A stretch of 63,946 nucleotides of DNA, filler included, from Bonamia ostreae (taxonomy: Eukaryota), in NCBI GenBank assembly GCA_040357525.1. It is 9 parts of 9 records of this genome, joined end to end, with 100 filler letters (N's around TTAATTAATTAA, not from the genome) between each part and the next. Parts side by side here need not be neighbours in the genome. Positions count along the whole stretch, not along the records: positions 1 to 7,111 come from JBDODL010000095.1; positions 7,212 to 14,287 come from JBDODL010000096.1; 7 more parts are not named here. One strand, 5' to 3'. The stretch's first letter is position 1; each line of letters opens with the position of its first letter. This document shows positions 1-13,395 of the stretch, piece after piece. A program made the position numbers and the translations under genes. The notes under the pieces were generated by a model. It searched no databases. It was given only the letters and a program-made list of their open reading frames with translations, and was not told the DNA's origin.

Positions 1-1
1 A

Positions 2-2311
2 TCAACAAAAAGAAACATTAAAATGGCGACAAGAACAATCTTTAAAATTAAATTTCTTTTCAAAATTTAAAATTCTCTTCAAAATTTTTCCTTTAAAATA
101 AAAATCTTTTTTTAAATCCACAAAATTATATAGAATTTCAATATATTGACTATTAAAAATCCGATAAAGTTCAGAATCAATTTTTATGGAAATTTCTTTT
201 AATTTTGGAAAGTTTGTTTCTTCGATTTTTGCTAAAACATAAAAAAATCGTTTAATAATTTTTTTGTGACATTTTTTCGAGATTTTCATAAATTCGATTG
301 ATTTAAATATCGCGTCCAAAGATTTCTTTTTAAAAAAATTTTTTTAGAAAAAAATTGGAAAATTTAAAAATTGAATTTTATAAAAACAACGAAAAGAGAA
401 TTTTTGATTAAACAGAATATCAAAGAATCGAACAAAAATAGAATAAATTTGGGCAAAAAATTTTCGCCGAATTTGATAAAATCGTTTTTTCTCAGATCAT
501 TTTCGATTTTTTGAATTTTTTCAGATTTTCTTAATATCGAAATGTAAAAGAACAGAGTTAAATTTAACATTTTTGATGAGAGTCGAAATTTTTGTTTTTT
601 GTAAAAGTAAACTGCTTGGTTATAAATTCTTTTTAGTTAACAATTTTTTTTTATAAATTCTTGGTTAAAATTAATTTTTAAAGAAAAAACAAAATTTAAG
701 TTTTTTTTCAAAAATCAATTTTTAGCGAAAAATAAAATTAAAAATGAAAATATCAAAAAATCAATTTTTGATATGTCAAAAAGCGAATTTCAACTTTATC
801 GCAAAATTGTGGACTGTAAAGGAATTAAGGTCGTTTTCATTTATCAAAACAAAAATTGCTTTTTCGGCGACATTTACAATTTTATTGTCAGTTTTGTTGC
901 TATTAATATCTTCAATTCTCAAAATTTTGATAAAATTTGAACAAATATTCAAATAATTTGAACATTTTGGTTGTTCAGACGAAAAATCTTTAAAATTTAG
1001 CAATTTTTCGAGATTCAAATAATCTTCGAGATTCAAATTATTGACAGATTTCGGGATATCATTACGAATTTTGTAAAAGTTTTGCAAAAAATATTGAAAA
1101 CAATTTTGCAGTTTTTCAAAATTTGCAAAATCTTTCGCCTCATTTTTCGTGCTAAATTTTAAAACAATATTGTTTGTAATTTTTGTTGTCAAAGAAGAAA
1201 ATATTTTTTCGATAAAATGGACAAAATCAGCGCTTTTGTCGTTTTGGCATAACTTTGAAAATAAAGAATAAAATTTTTCCAAAGTTGGGACGATTTGATT
1301 ATTTTTGGGATTTTTGGACAAAATTTCAGTTTTCTTCGCAGATAATAAAATTTTTATCAACAAAACGACAAAATTTTGTTCGTTTTTGTTAAAAATTAAA
1401 CAATTGTTTAGACATTTTATAAAATTTTGATCAATCTGAGTTTTCTTTTGGGAATCAAAAATGTTCGTCAAAATGTAAAAATCGGATAAAAAATCAAAAA
1501 TTTTCGATTTTGGCAAATTTTTTTCTGAGAAAATTTGGTAAATTTCAAAATCGTCTAAAAATTTTGAATAAATTTTAGCATTGTCTGAAAAGAGATCTTT
1601 TTCGCAGTCGAAAAACGATTTTACCAAAAATAAGTTTTCGTTCAAATCGTTAAAATTGGTATTTGTTTGGCTAAACAGCAAAATCAAAAAATTTTTAATT
1701 TTAGCCAAATTTGTCCAAATTTTAGAATTTTCAGAATTTTGTTCGTTTTTAATGCAAATGAACTTAAAACAAATTTTTCGCAATTGTTGTAATCTTTTTT
1801 GTCCCAAAATTTTGTTCTTTCTGTAATTTTGGAAATTTAAAATTTAGATTTTGTGATAAAATTTTGTTTTAGCAAAAAACTGTTTTAATTTGATAACGAA
1901 AGGATGCAACAAATTGACGATGAAATTGAATATTGGAGTTTTGGTTTTGTCGCCGTTTGATTTGAAAATCGAGTGAATCTTTAAACCAAAATTTTTTTTG
2001 AAAATTGATTTTTATGAAAATTTTGAAAAACGAAAAGAATTGAAATCGAAATGACAAAATCGCAAATTTTTTGGTTAATGTTTTCAAGCGGCGAAATGAC
2101 TACAATGTCTAATTTTTATTACAAAATTAGCATTTGAAACCCAAAATTTTAATCGACGAAGTTTTAACAAATCTTTTAAAGTTTTTCGAGATTCCGTTTA
2201 AAAATATTTTTGTTTTTGAAATAACTTCCGAATGCTAAATTTTAGTAAAATCAACTTTGTCGAGTTTGTAAGATTCAACAATATCGTCAAATTGGGATAT
2301 TATTTTATCCA
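2..2311 (-). CDS. Hypothetical multi-exon K/N/F/I-rich protein, 3' end beyond window start
   Basis: Series of minus-strand ORFs (776-1807, 364-570, 2-319) with coding-like composition; no recognisable motif; boundaries approximate. Confidence 0.4.
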
Positions 2312-2390
2312 TTAAAAGTTTTGAAGATATTTTTAGCAATTGCTAAAATACGAATTAATATAATTATTGCATAAAGTGAGCTAAAGATTT

Positions 2391-3718
2391 TTAGACAAGT
2401 GAGCTCAAAATTAATAAAATGTCTTTTTGTTTTTTGTTTAAAATGCTAAATAAAGCGGATAATTGGCGTAATATAATTTTTATGTCGTCCAAACTTTTTC
2501 TTCCCAATTTTAACGTGAAAACTTTGCAAAATTTTAACAGGTTAAATATTATTGTCCATTTTTCTTCGCTGCACAATTTTTCTCAATAAAAAATGATGAA
2601 AATACAACTTTTTATAAAAGAAAAAAATTTGACATTTGTTTAAATCAATAATTCGATGAATAAAAATGATTATTCCATTCATACATAATTGGATCATCTT
2701 CACAGTCTTGATTAAAAAAATCAATCAGCTCTTCTTTATTTTGCAAATTTAGCTTTTCTCCTTTCACATTTGAAATCGTTTCCAACAGTTTTAAGTAGAA
2801 TTCTTTTAATAACCTTACATTATCAGCATCATTTTTTCCAATACTTTCTTCATTATAAATTTCAACCGTTTGCGTTAAAAACAAGCGAATTTTCGAGTGT
2901 TTTGGCGTGTTCACAATAACTTTATCCAAAATTTTCTGTTTGTATTCCCAATTAAGAAATTCATCGACCAATAAAGAAATGTTCATTTGTGATTTTTTGT
3001 CAAAAGAATTGCTATTTTCACCTTTATCGCTTAAAATTTCTTTTGTGATTTTTTCAAACTGTTCGATATGTAATTCTTTGTGTTTGGTTTGAACAAGATA
3101 AGTTTCGAATTCCATAAATTTGTTTATGTCGTCTAAATATTTAATAATTTCTTCGTAAGACGCTTCGATAACGAATGATTTTATTTTCTCGACGATTTTA
3201 TTTATGCTGTTTGTGTCGCCATCCAAACACTTTGAAACAGTCAAATAATAATCTTTTGGGTCCCAATAATTGAGATCGATTAAGTTTTTCTCAATTGATA
3301 TCAGATAAACAGCCTTTAATATCATTCGCATAAAATTTAATGGTATGTTTTCTTCATCATAGTTAAATTTTGTAATCAATATGTTGTGTATTCTGTCAAT
3401 TTTTTCGTGGTCCTGTGTCAAGTCGGGATAAATGCTCTCAAAAGTTTTTTTAGTTGGCGGTTTCAAGGTTTTTTCTTCTTCTTCTTTTTTATTGAGAATA
3501 TCGGCTTGTTCATCTAAATCATTTTTCTTTGGTTTCTTAATTATTGTGTTTCTAATTTTTTCAATAAAATCCCAGCAACAAAATTCAGTAATTTCGGTAA
3601 CAAATTCAGGAATTTTTGAAATATTTTTATTTGATGGCTTCGATGTTTCTTTTTTGTTTTGGTAGAACATTACGAATTTTGCAACTTCAGGATTTGTGCA
3701 TGACTTATTTAATTTCAT
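2391..3718 (-). CDS. Hypothetical protein
   Basis: 357-aa ORF 2645-3718 starting at ATG; whether the downstream ORF 2391-2576 belongs to it is uncertain; no family recognised. Confidence 0.5.
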
Positions 3719-3829
3719 TTTTTAGTTTGTTCTGGTTATGGCAGAAAAGTTATCTCATGATCATAATTCAAAAATATAGAAAATTAATAAAAACTAATAT
3801 TGTCTTCGAAGGGATATAGTTTCAATTAT

Positions 3830-5597
3830 TTACAATTTTGACATTTGTTGTTATTTTGTAAATATCAATATTTATAACAGTTTGGAAATTTTGGAACTAA
3901 AAAATTTAAGTTTTTTGACGATATTAGCACACGAATTCATGTTTTCGAAATTTTTTATTTTAAAAATTGATTTTTGAGGCAAATAATTATTCAAATTTCG
4001 CTGTAAAAAGAAGATTTTTGCATTAAAAACGATAATTGGCTCACCATTTATTTTAATTTGGCGAATATTTATTAATTTTCCATTTACATTTTATGGACGA
4101 CTTTTTATCTTCGAAGATTTTGTATTAAAAAAATCGAATAAAAAAATTGAAGACAAAATTTTATTTTAAAATGTCTTTTTCATCGAAAATGGATGCGCAG
4201 TAGTCATGCTTTGTAGATCCGTTTTTCGAGTCGTAGCCGCAAACAACAAATTTTTTGTTCTGTCCATAAACCAAAAATTTTGGTGTTCGATGTAACAAAA
4301 ACACTTTTTTGTTTTCAGTCGACTTAAAATCGCTCTGTTTTTTTTTGAAAAATGTCAAAATTATAATGAAAACCAACATAATCGATGGTTTGCTGGACGA
4401 TGATAGGACTAAAGACAAATCAGAAATGGTTGTCATTGCTTTAATTGTCGATCTTTGAAAGTCAAAAATAAAACGGAAATGGATACAAAGTTTGTAAACA
4501 AGTCCAATTCTTTGTCGAAAAAACAGTTATTGAAGAATCTGTTGATCCAACTAATAAAAATTTTTCATCGTCTGTTATATTCAGAGAAGTGCATGTTGCT
4601 GCATCAGACTTGATAACATTTTATTACAAAAATCATTTTTATCGAAAAATTTATTTTTAATAGAAACGACAATATTTTTGAAAATGTCGATAATATGTTT
4701 AAAATTTTAATAAAATTGCTTTTGAGATTTTAATTATTACAATTTTTGTTGTTTTGTGTCGATTTGAAAAAATAATTGAAAAATTTTCACTCTCAAAATT
4801 CTGAAAATTGGGAACAATTTGATAAATTTAATTGAATTAATTTTTTATAAAAACGCAAATTTTTAATTTTTCTACAAAATTTAATTCAATTTTGTCATTT
4901 TGATTGCGAAACTCGGAGATTGTTATCACGTTATATGTGGAATAAACAAATTTGTTGTTATTTTCAACCCAATTTGTAAATTGAGCTCTGTGGCTTAGTT
5001 TTTGCCTAAATTTTAAAGTTTCCAATTTTGTGTCATAGAACTCTATTCCTTTAGGTTCCGGTCCTCCATCGTCATTCTTAATTTTTTCGCAAATCATTTT
5101 TTATGTTCGAAGAATTATAAAATTAGTCAAAAAAAGTTAAATTTGTAAACTTAAAAAACTGAAAAACAGACGCTGAAAATATTGTCTTTGAGATTAATGG
5201 ACAGTCCTGTGTACTTTGATTCCGTGGAAATAGTTTTAATGGGAGTTTTTGAAATAATGGCCCAAAAATTTATAACGCCGTCTGATCCGAAAGACACAAA
5301 ATGATTATTTGACAAATCGGTCCAAATTATATTTTCCACTGATTTTTTATGGCCATAAAATTCGATTTCTGTTCCAATCTTTTAAATTTTTTGTACAGAA
5401 ATTGAGTCGGAAAATTAAAATTTGGCGATTGAATTTAAACAGATTTAAACTTTAAATTTGTTATTGTAAATTTCATAAAAGCGGATAACGCCGTCATCAC
5501 ATCCAAATAAAATTTTGTTTTCCGCTTTATTTAATGAAATAGATTTTATTCTAGTGCTTGAATCCCAAATATGACTTTCAAGAAATGTTTCAGACAT
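3830..5597 (-). CDS. WD40-repeat protein (multi-exon)
   Basis: Exons encode ILFGCDDGVIRFY, GHK..FVSFGSDGVINFW and FLLVGST, typical WD blades; 3' end uncertain. Confidence 0.6.
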
Positions 5598-5856
5598 TTT
5601 TTTGATTATTTTAATATAATTGCAATTTTTGACTAAATTTTATGAAAAAATTTTACTTTTTTTAGCAATTTCTTATCAAAGCAAATTTTTAACAAAATTA
5701 ACTGTTTTTTCGTCATTTTTACTAAAATTTTAAGTTTGTTATTTATTTTCATCATTTGGTCATTTAATTTTACTAATTTATTTTCGCTACTTTCTATTAA
5801 AATTTCTATATTTTTCGTTATCCAAAATTTTTATTGCAAAATTGTCAAAATTTTTA

Positions 5857-6987
5857 CTAATTATTTTTGTTTTCGCCATCCCTTCCAACATCATTCTCAT
5901 TTTCTTCATTTTCTTCGTCATCCTCGTTATCTTCCATTTCAATCTCGTCATTCAAATCCACCATTTCACTCGCCTGTTCACACAGCAAATTTGCAGCTGC
6001 TTGCTCGTCCTTCTCACACGCAATGTACATCTGTATACAATCACTGCGGTTGAATCCTAAATTTTGAAGCTTAAATGATGAGCGTGAAAACTCTTTCTAA
6101 CGATAATCTGTCTTGTTCGGTTAACGAAATAGATAATCTCCCCGCGAAAGAGGGATTTTGGTTTGGCGGGTTTTGCTCTCCTTGTTGACTTGACAATCTT
6201 CGCAGATTTGTCATTAAGTTTAATATTTCGATGTTGCGACTGTTTAAATCTCGCCCTTGCAGATTTATCGGAACACCCTTTTACAATCAAAATAAAGTCA
6301 TTAATATCTACGAAAGCTTAACATAAATCGATTAGTGTTTATGATATAATCATTTTTGTTTGCAAAAGCCGGAAAGCTAAATGGCTGTTTTTAAACTTGA
6401 GAGAAAAGCGACTCTACTGCTGACATCAAGTTGTTTCCAGTGCTTCTTAAAGCGGCTGCAGCGCGTTCTCTCTCAAATCCTAAATTGACTAATTGCTCTA
6501 ACGGATTTTGAGCCGAAGAATTGGATTCTGTTTGAGGATTAATTGACCGGGTATTTATGTTTGCATTATTTGGCAATGAATTAGAATTCTGTGGAGGTGG
6601 ACTGGAATTATCGTATTGTTGCGGAGAATTTTGATTTAAAATGTTCTTCTGATCGCTTTCGTGTTTTGGTGGCGTTTGTGTTTGCTTTGTTTCAGGTTCT
6701 ATTTTTATTTGAAATTTTGTAAAACTGTTCGTTTTCGATTCGATTTTGCGTCCTCCTTTGTTTTTCGATACCATTACAATGATAAAGTCATTTTCTTTCG
6801 CCTTAAAGTCCTTCAAAAATATTTGGTCGTTTTTTAAAATGCTTCCTTTGTAAATTAATGTTTGCCGTGCTGTTCCCCCAATATCATGTTCTTTCTCGAG
6901 CGTTTTCTTGATATCCGCAACTTTGTCTGTTTCATTTATATCGATAACGAGTTTTTTGTTTTGCAATGTTTTGACCGATATTCTCAT
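5857..6987 (-). CDS. RAD23: RAD23-type ubiquitin receptor (UBL-UBA1-UBA2, acidic tail)
   Basis: N-terminal UBL (MRISVKTLQ..QTLIYKGSIL), UBA1 (LVNLGFERERAAAAL); after two introns UBA2 reads LQNLGFNRSDCIQMYIACEKDEQAAANLL. Confidence 0.85.
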
Positions 6988-7111
6988 TTGAACAATATAT
7001 ATTGATATTTAATAATGTTTTGAAAGCAATAATTAATATATTTTGAACTATCAATAAATTTTATCTTTTTTCTGTCAGAAAGGATTTAATAGCAACTACT
7101 TCCACTCAATC

Positions 7112-7211
7112 NNNNNNNNNNNNNNNNNNNNNNNNNNNNNNNNNNNNNNNNNNNNTTAATTAATTAANNNNNNNNNNNNNNNNNNNNNNNNNNNNNNNNN
7201 NNNNNNNNNNN
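7112..7211. other. Artificial contig linker N44-TTAATTAATTAA-N44 (also at 14288, 21461, 28634, 35769, 42878, 49971, 57025)
   Basis: Identical 100-nt block eight times; 12-mer has stops in all six frames; spacing falls from 7176 to 7054 nt, consistent with length-sorted contigs; genes are truncated at the linkers. Confidence 0.97.
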
Positions 7212-10200
7212 AAAATACCTCTTCCATATCAGCGGTAACGATTAGATCCTGTTCCAAAGCGGACAATCTCTCTTTCTCCAAATCTCTTTCTGCTCTATTC
7301 CTCAAATTCTGTTTGACTTCGTCTGCGACTTTTATCACGGTCTCTTCAATCGAAAATATTTGATCTTTCACTTTTCTTTTTTCGCTCTCCAATTTTTTCA
7401 TTTTGTTCTTGATCTTTTTTGTTCAATAAATTCATTTTATACTCAAAATTTTATTTTCAAAAACGTTCAAAATCTCTTTATTTTTTCTATTAATTTCATC
7501 TTCAAAGTGCTCCAATTTAAGTTTTAACGAATTTATTTTTCTCTCAGATATCTTTGTTTTATTTTCGATCTCTGAAATTTCGTCCTTCAAACTTTCCGAA
7601 ACCGATTTTTCGAAAGCAAGCTTTTCTTGCGCTCTGGAAATGTTTTCGATCAAGCTCATTCGTTTCTGAGCGGTCATTTCTAAGTGCGCATTTGTTTTTT
7701 CTTCAAATTGTTTAACGTCTTCAATTCCAGTTTTGAGACAGAAGACAGAAAAAACTGTTTTTCTGATCGAATTGACGTCGTCGTCGCATTTTGTGTACTT
7801 TTCTGTAATTTCTTTTTGTAGTTTTTTCGATTGTTCGATCTTTATTTTTGTTTGTTTTATTTCGTCTGCGATTTCGATTTTTAATGTCCGCTGTTTCTGG
7901 GCATTTTTTTCTACGAACGAAATTTGCCTTTCGGTCATTTCGATTTTTCTTTTCAAAACATTTGTCGATTTTTCATTGTTTGTACTTTCGATGGAGTTTT
8001 CTAAATCGATCAGTTTCTAAAAAATGTTTTAGAAACTTCTTTTAGTTGGGCGATTTTGACTTCCAAATCGATTCTGTCCGATTCGTCAAATCGTTTTGCT
8101 GAGCGGGTTCCATCGTTCGATTGACCTCCGCTCATGTTACCGTTTTTTGAAATGACCGCTCCGTTCTTTGTTACTGCTTTTATCCTTTTTTTTTGAAATT
8201 TGGTTAAAAAGAATAAATTTGAAATTTTTGTTATTTTATTATTATTGTTATTATTTCAAAGCACTTTTTATTGTTATTATTTCAAAGTACTTTTTATTGT
8301 TAATATTTCAAAGTACTTTTTATTGTTATTATTTCAAAGTACTTTTTATTGTTAATATTTCAAGGTACTTTTTATTGTTATTATTTCAAAGTAATTTTTC
8401 TAAAAAATTATTTTTCGGGTTACAAAAAGTTCTTTTCATTGTCAAAAACTTGTTCCTCGTCTCTCTTCTCCGATAACAAACTTCTCTCGCCCTGTCCAAC
8501 GTCTCCGCATAGACAGCGCTGCCACACAGAAACTCGGCCAAAACTTGGTGCTCCTTTCTGAACGAAACCAAATCCAAAACCAGTTTCACGTCCGATGCGA
8601 TCCGCCGGTTTTGTGTCTTTATCGCTTTCGCTTTCAGACCGTCCAACGGCAAAAAAGTCGCTGTCCCAAGACGTCTCCTCTTGAGCTCGCCAATGCAGTC
8701 CAAAGCTGTCCGTCGCGAGTCGACGACGATCGCGTCGAGGTTGTGCATTCCGAGCGCGGAGGAGACGGCGACGCGATATTTTTTGGCGATCGGTTTTATC
8801 AAATCGGCGACGAACCCTTTCACTTTCAGCGGAAAGGCGGTTTTCACGGCGTTGAAGTTGTCCACTCTTCTTCGGTCCCTCTCCGAAACGCGCATGTCGA
8901 CGTTGAGCTCGATCAATTTTTGCTCCGCGGCAATAATTTTCTCTCTCGTTTTTCTGATTTCATTACTTCAAATTTTAAAATTTATCGATTTCATTGCTTC
9001 GAATTTTAAAATTTTTCGACTAAAAAGAGTTTTAAAGCTATTTCGGATTTTTCAACTTTATTAAACGATTAAAACTTTTTTTGGCTTAAAATGGTTTTTG
9101 TTTCTGTTTCTTTGCTCAAATTTTCTTTCAACTCGAGGTCGGTTGTCTTTTTCGATTTTCTGAGTTCGTTCAAATTTTCAAGATTTTCTCGAATTCCCTT
9201 TTCGGTTTCTTCTTCTCTCTTTTTCAACAGATCGATTTTCTCTTTCAGCGATGCACAGGTTTCCTGTTTTTTAAAAAAAATTACCGTTTCTCGCGCCAAA
9301 TTTTCGTCCAATATATCCATTTCAGTAAGTCCGACTTTTGCTTTTATTTCGAATTGCAAATGGAGTCGATCATATTCGTTTCTTTGCTTTTCAGTCAGTT
9401 TGTCAGAGCGTTTTTTTTCTTTGTTCGTTCTTTCGAACGCATCCAAATCCGCTTTTGCGTTAAAAAGTTCAGTTTTGAAAAGAGTTTCTTTTTTGGCATT
9501 TTCGGATTTAAGGTTTTCGAGTCTTTTTAAAGATTTTTTGTCTTTGGCGAAGGCGTTTTCTGCGATCCCGAGATGTTCTGCCATTCTCGACTTCGCTTCG
9601 CTCTATTTCGTTTTGTTAAAAACGTCGTTTTGCAGTTGTTCCGCGAGTTTTGTGATGTCTTCTTTCATCGTTTCAGTTTGGCTTTCGATGTTTTTCTTTT
9701 CGTTTCTTTTTGAATCAAGAGAATTTTTGTGCTCCTCTTCATTTCTGCGCAGGATTCCAATAGGCTTTTCTTTGTTTTCTTCTTTGGCAATCCTCTCGCG
9801 ATCTTTTTCCAAATTCTGCTTTTGCACAAATAGCAAAAGTTTTTTTTGTCTGCGCAGTTTTTTCGCAATTTTGTTGTAACTTTCAGCCTCGGACTTTTGT
9901 TCCAGCAATTGCCTTTTTTCTTTTAAAATGGACTTTCTGCTGTCGAAGAGTTTTGCCAGTTCCGCTTCCGCTTCTTTCTTCAGTCTCAAAGCGGTTTCAT
10001 ATTCTTCCGACAAACTTTTCGAACCCGAAAGCTCGTCGAAAAAGTCCGCCAGCTCTTTGGGAGTTCTAGAGGCGATCGAAGCGATGTCGCCCTGGAAAAC
10101 AAGAAAACTCTTGTTGTGCTTCGGAATCCCTATTTGCTCCAACTGAATTGCTTGAAAAAACCTTTTCAAAGTAGTTCTTTTTGGAGACCGTTTTATTTTC

Positions 10201-10557
10201 GAATTCGAAAGACGAATTTCCGAGAGCGTTAACAGTTCTTTTGAACGAGACGATTCCACTTAAAATCAAATCTTTTTCTGCAGATTTTTCGAATATTATC
10301 TCCACAGACGCGCTTTTTTAAACTTGTCGTTAAAACAATTTGGCCGAGGTTCCGTCTGCGAGTTTGTGGATTTGGTCTTGCATTTTTTTTCCGCGCAGTT
10401 TCGCGGAGTTGACCCCCAACGCGAAACAGATCGCGTCCAACAAATTGGACTTGCCGCAGCCATTCGGGCCGATTATAGCTGCGAATTGTTTGATGGGAAT
10501 CGAGGTTTGGCCATTGTAGCTTTTCCAATTATTCAATATCAATGATTTTATTCCCAT
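7212..10557 (-). CDS. SMC1: Cohesin subunit SMC1, 3'-truncated at contig end
   Basis: NWKSY, Walker A GPNGCGKSN, FLVFQGD Q-loop, coiled coils, hinge (LDAIVVDS..CI..LK..RLGTATFLPLD); introns at 10313-10336 and 10143-10161 restore the frame. Confidence 0.93.
8240..8395. repeat. ~26-nt tandem repeat (TTTCAAAGTACTTTTTATTGTTATTA, ~6 copies) inside an SMC1 intron
   Basis: Directly visible periodicity. Confidence 0.85.
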
Positions 10558-11096
10558 TTGTCTCTATTTATTTACTAAACTTTTGAGCTTAATAAAAATC
10601 ACAAAATGCAAATCGGATTTTTTAATATATAATTTTGCATAATGTTTGTGTTTTTAGTTTTTAATTTTGCTGTCAGAAAAAAAAGCTCCATTATACGATT
10701 GGATTTATGTGAAGACTAAAAAATAAGAGCGACAATCGCTTTTTTTAGAAGAACATTTTAATTTCTTGGTATTTTTCACATATCAAAATATTTTTCAAAA
10801 AATAATCTGTTGTGGCATTAGAAAAAATCTCTCCCTCAATAATCTTAGAATTTTATTTTTAAGTAAAATGCGAAATATAGTTTTGCTTGAAAAACAGAAT
10901 GTTAAAAAAATTATCAAAAATTAGTTTTTGAAACGAGCGCAATATTATCAATAAAATTAGCAAAAAAATGCAAAATTAGCAATTTCCGGCAAATCGAACC
11001 TCGATTTTTCCATTTTTAACCCGTTTTGTAGTCATTTTTAGCATATTTTTTATTGCTCGTTATAATCATTTATTATCGCCAAATCAAATTGGAGTC

Positions 11097-12050
11097 ATGT
11101 CAGCATATTCCTCTCAAATAGTGATGGCCTTTATCGTCAGTTTTCTGGCGGGGCTCTTCACAATCCTCGGGGCCCTCGTCCTCTTCATTAAACCGATCAG
11201 AGTTTCGCCATTTATTCTTAGAAAAACAACATTGTTTTCGTCGTTTACGGGAATCTGTTCGCGGCTGGAGCGATGATCTTCGTTTCTCTCTGCGAGATTT
11301 TGCAGGTCAAGTCGGTGGGCGCCATGCTTGCCCACTTCTGCCCCGATTACTCCGAAGAATGCCATTCGAAGCACTACGGCAAAACGCTCGGGATCTGCTA
11401 CAGTCTGTTTTTCGCCGGCTGCGTCTTCTGTTTTGCGGTGAATTCACTCGCACACGCTCTTTTGAACAGAAGCGAAAACCTCTTCCTCCGATACGACCCC
11501 GACCGCAATCCCGAAACCGACGAGGACATCGAAAAACAGTTTTTCGTTCATTTTCAGAAAGAAAGAAATGAAGTCGTTTTGTCTGATGGGACTGTCCACT
11601 TGCGTCGCCCTAGCTCTGCACAACATTCCCGAGGGACTGGTCACTTTTGTAACCACTTACAACGATACCGGCGCAGGGATAACTCTGGCGATAGCCATCG
11701 CCGTGCATAACATCCCAGAAGGAATCGCGATCGCCGTGCCGGTTTTCTTCGCGACAAAGAGCATGAAGAAAGCTTTTCTGTTTGTTCTGATTGCCAGCAT
11801 CGCAGAGCCGATTGGGGGGATGATCGGTTTCGCTCTAATCCACACCGTTTTGAAATTCGAATTTTAGGGCATCGGCAGAATTTTTGAGGCTATTTCGTTT
11901 GGAATATGCGCCGGGATAATGGTTTGGGTTGTAATAAGCGATATGCTCCCGATAAGTTATCACTACGCGGCGTCGAAGACGGTTTCCGCGACTGTTTTTT
12001 GCGTGGGGGCACTAGTGATGGCTCTCTCGCTCATATTGCTGAATTTGTAA
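11097..12050 (+). CDS. ZIP-family (ZupT/GufA-like) zinc transporter
   Basis: ALHNIPEG and AIAVHNIPEG motifs, AEPIG, multiple TM helices; introns 11202-11221, 11539-11557, 11847-11867. Confidence 0.9.
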
Positions 12051-12205
12051 ATGTCGCTAATTTCTAAATACAATTTGTTTGCAAAAATGTCTTTTTTAAT
12101 CCAATTGCAAAAATGGTTTATTGATTTTTTATTGCAAAAAGGCAAATTTTTGCAATTTTTTAAAACCAGAAAAAATGAATTTTTGTTCATCAAAATAATT
12201 AAATG

Positions 12206-13198
12206 TCAAAAAATTTTTATTCTCGCAATTAATTTTCTTTGTTCTTTGGAACAGTTTTTTATGGAAAGCAAATCAATCCGCTCAACGATCTGCGTTCCGA
12301 AGTTTAGATCACTGGGAATTTTTTTTATTTGCTTTTTGGCGCTGCGTCTACATCTAAGTGCTGTTACATGAGGAGTTTCTATCGCGGAAATTTGCTCTTT
12401 TGCAATTTCTTCCTTTTATTTTTTTGACTTAAAACTCTTTTTAAAGATGGCATTTTAAAATTTTGTTATTTCAAATATGGAAAAATGCACTTTAAAAGCT
12501 TCACAAAGATTTTTTGAAAAAGAGATCAATTTATCTCTATTTTCTTTATTTTGGGTCGTTATATAAATAATTTTATTCCCAAATTCGCCCGTTCCTCGCA
12601 AATCAAACTTTAGTTTAGTCGGGAATTTAAAATTTTGGAACGATTTCTTGGCCGATTCTATTTGATCATTTGTTTCTAATCGCAGCAGACAAACTGTAAC
12701 ATGCAGTTCCTCTGTTTTCGAGGGCTTCAGTTTTTTGTTTTTGTCTACAAAGCCATTTTGAAAGTTTTCGATATTTTTCAGTGTTTCAGGATTGCTTATT
12801 GGGATTGAAACGTAATAATTAGGCTTCATTTTCTCTGAAGACTTTTTCAAAACCTTCTTTTCCAATATTCCGTCATTTTGGTTTCTGATTTTGCCACTTT
12901 CTTCGTTCATCATCAAATTTGTATTTCCAATTTTATTCGTTTCCGACAAATTTGATTTATCAACGAATGGTTTATTGAAGATTATTTCCGATTCTTTTGT
13001 TTCCGACAAATTTGATTTATCATCGAATGGTTTATTGAAGAACAATGGGATATTTTCTTTTTGTTCATATTTTTGTGATTTGTCGAATGGTTTATTTAAG
13101 TCTCCAGCTTTTAGTATTCGGAAAGTTTTATCGTTTATTTTAATGTCTTCAAATTCCATTTCGAGCAAATCGACTAGACGTTTTGAATATCTTTTCAT
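12206..13198 (-). CDS. AKAP7-like 2H phosphoesterase (2',5'-phosphodiesterase fold)
   Basis: PNYYVSIPI, first HxT (LHVTV), G.GEFG, second HxT (PHVTA) in the spliced last exon; N-terminus has three FNKPF-type repeats. Confidence 0.75.
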
Positions 13199-13395
13199 TG
13201 CTTTTCGAATGGAAATATTTATCGCAAAAAATTGTTAAAATGCCGTTTTGTTAATAATTATTTCCAATTTTAAATATTGCGAAATGCATTTAAATTATCA
13301 GTTTACTCAAAAAAGCTTAAAACTCGTTCAATATTCGTCCGAATCTGTTTTCCCGAATATGTAATTTTTGTTAATTAAAATAAAAATAATTAAAA

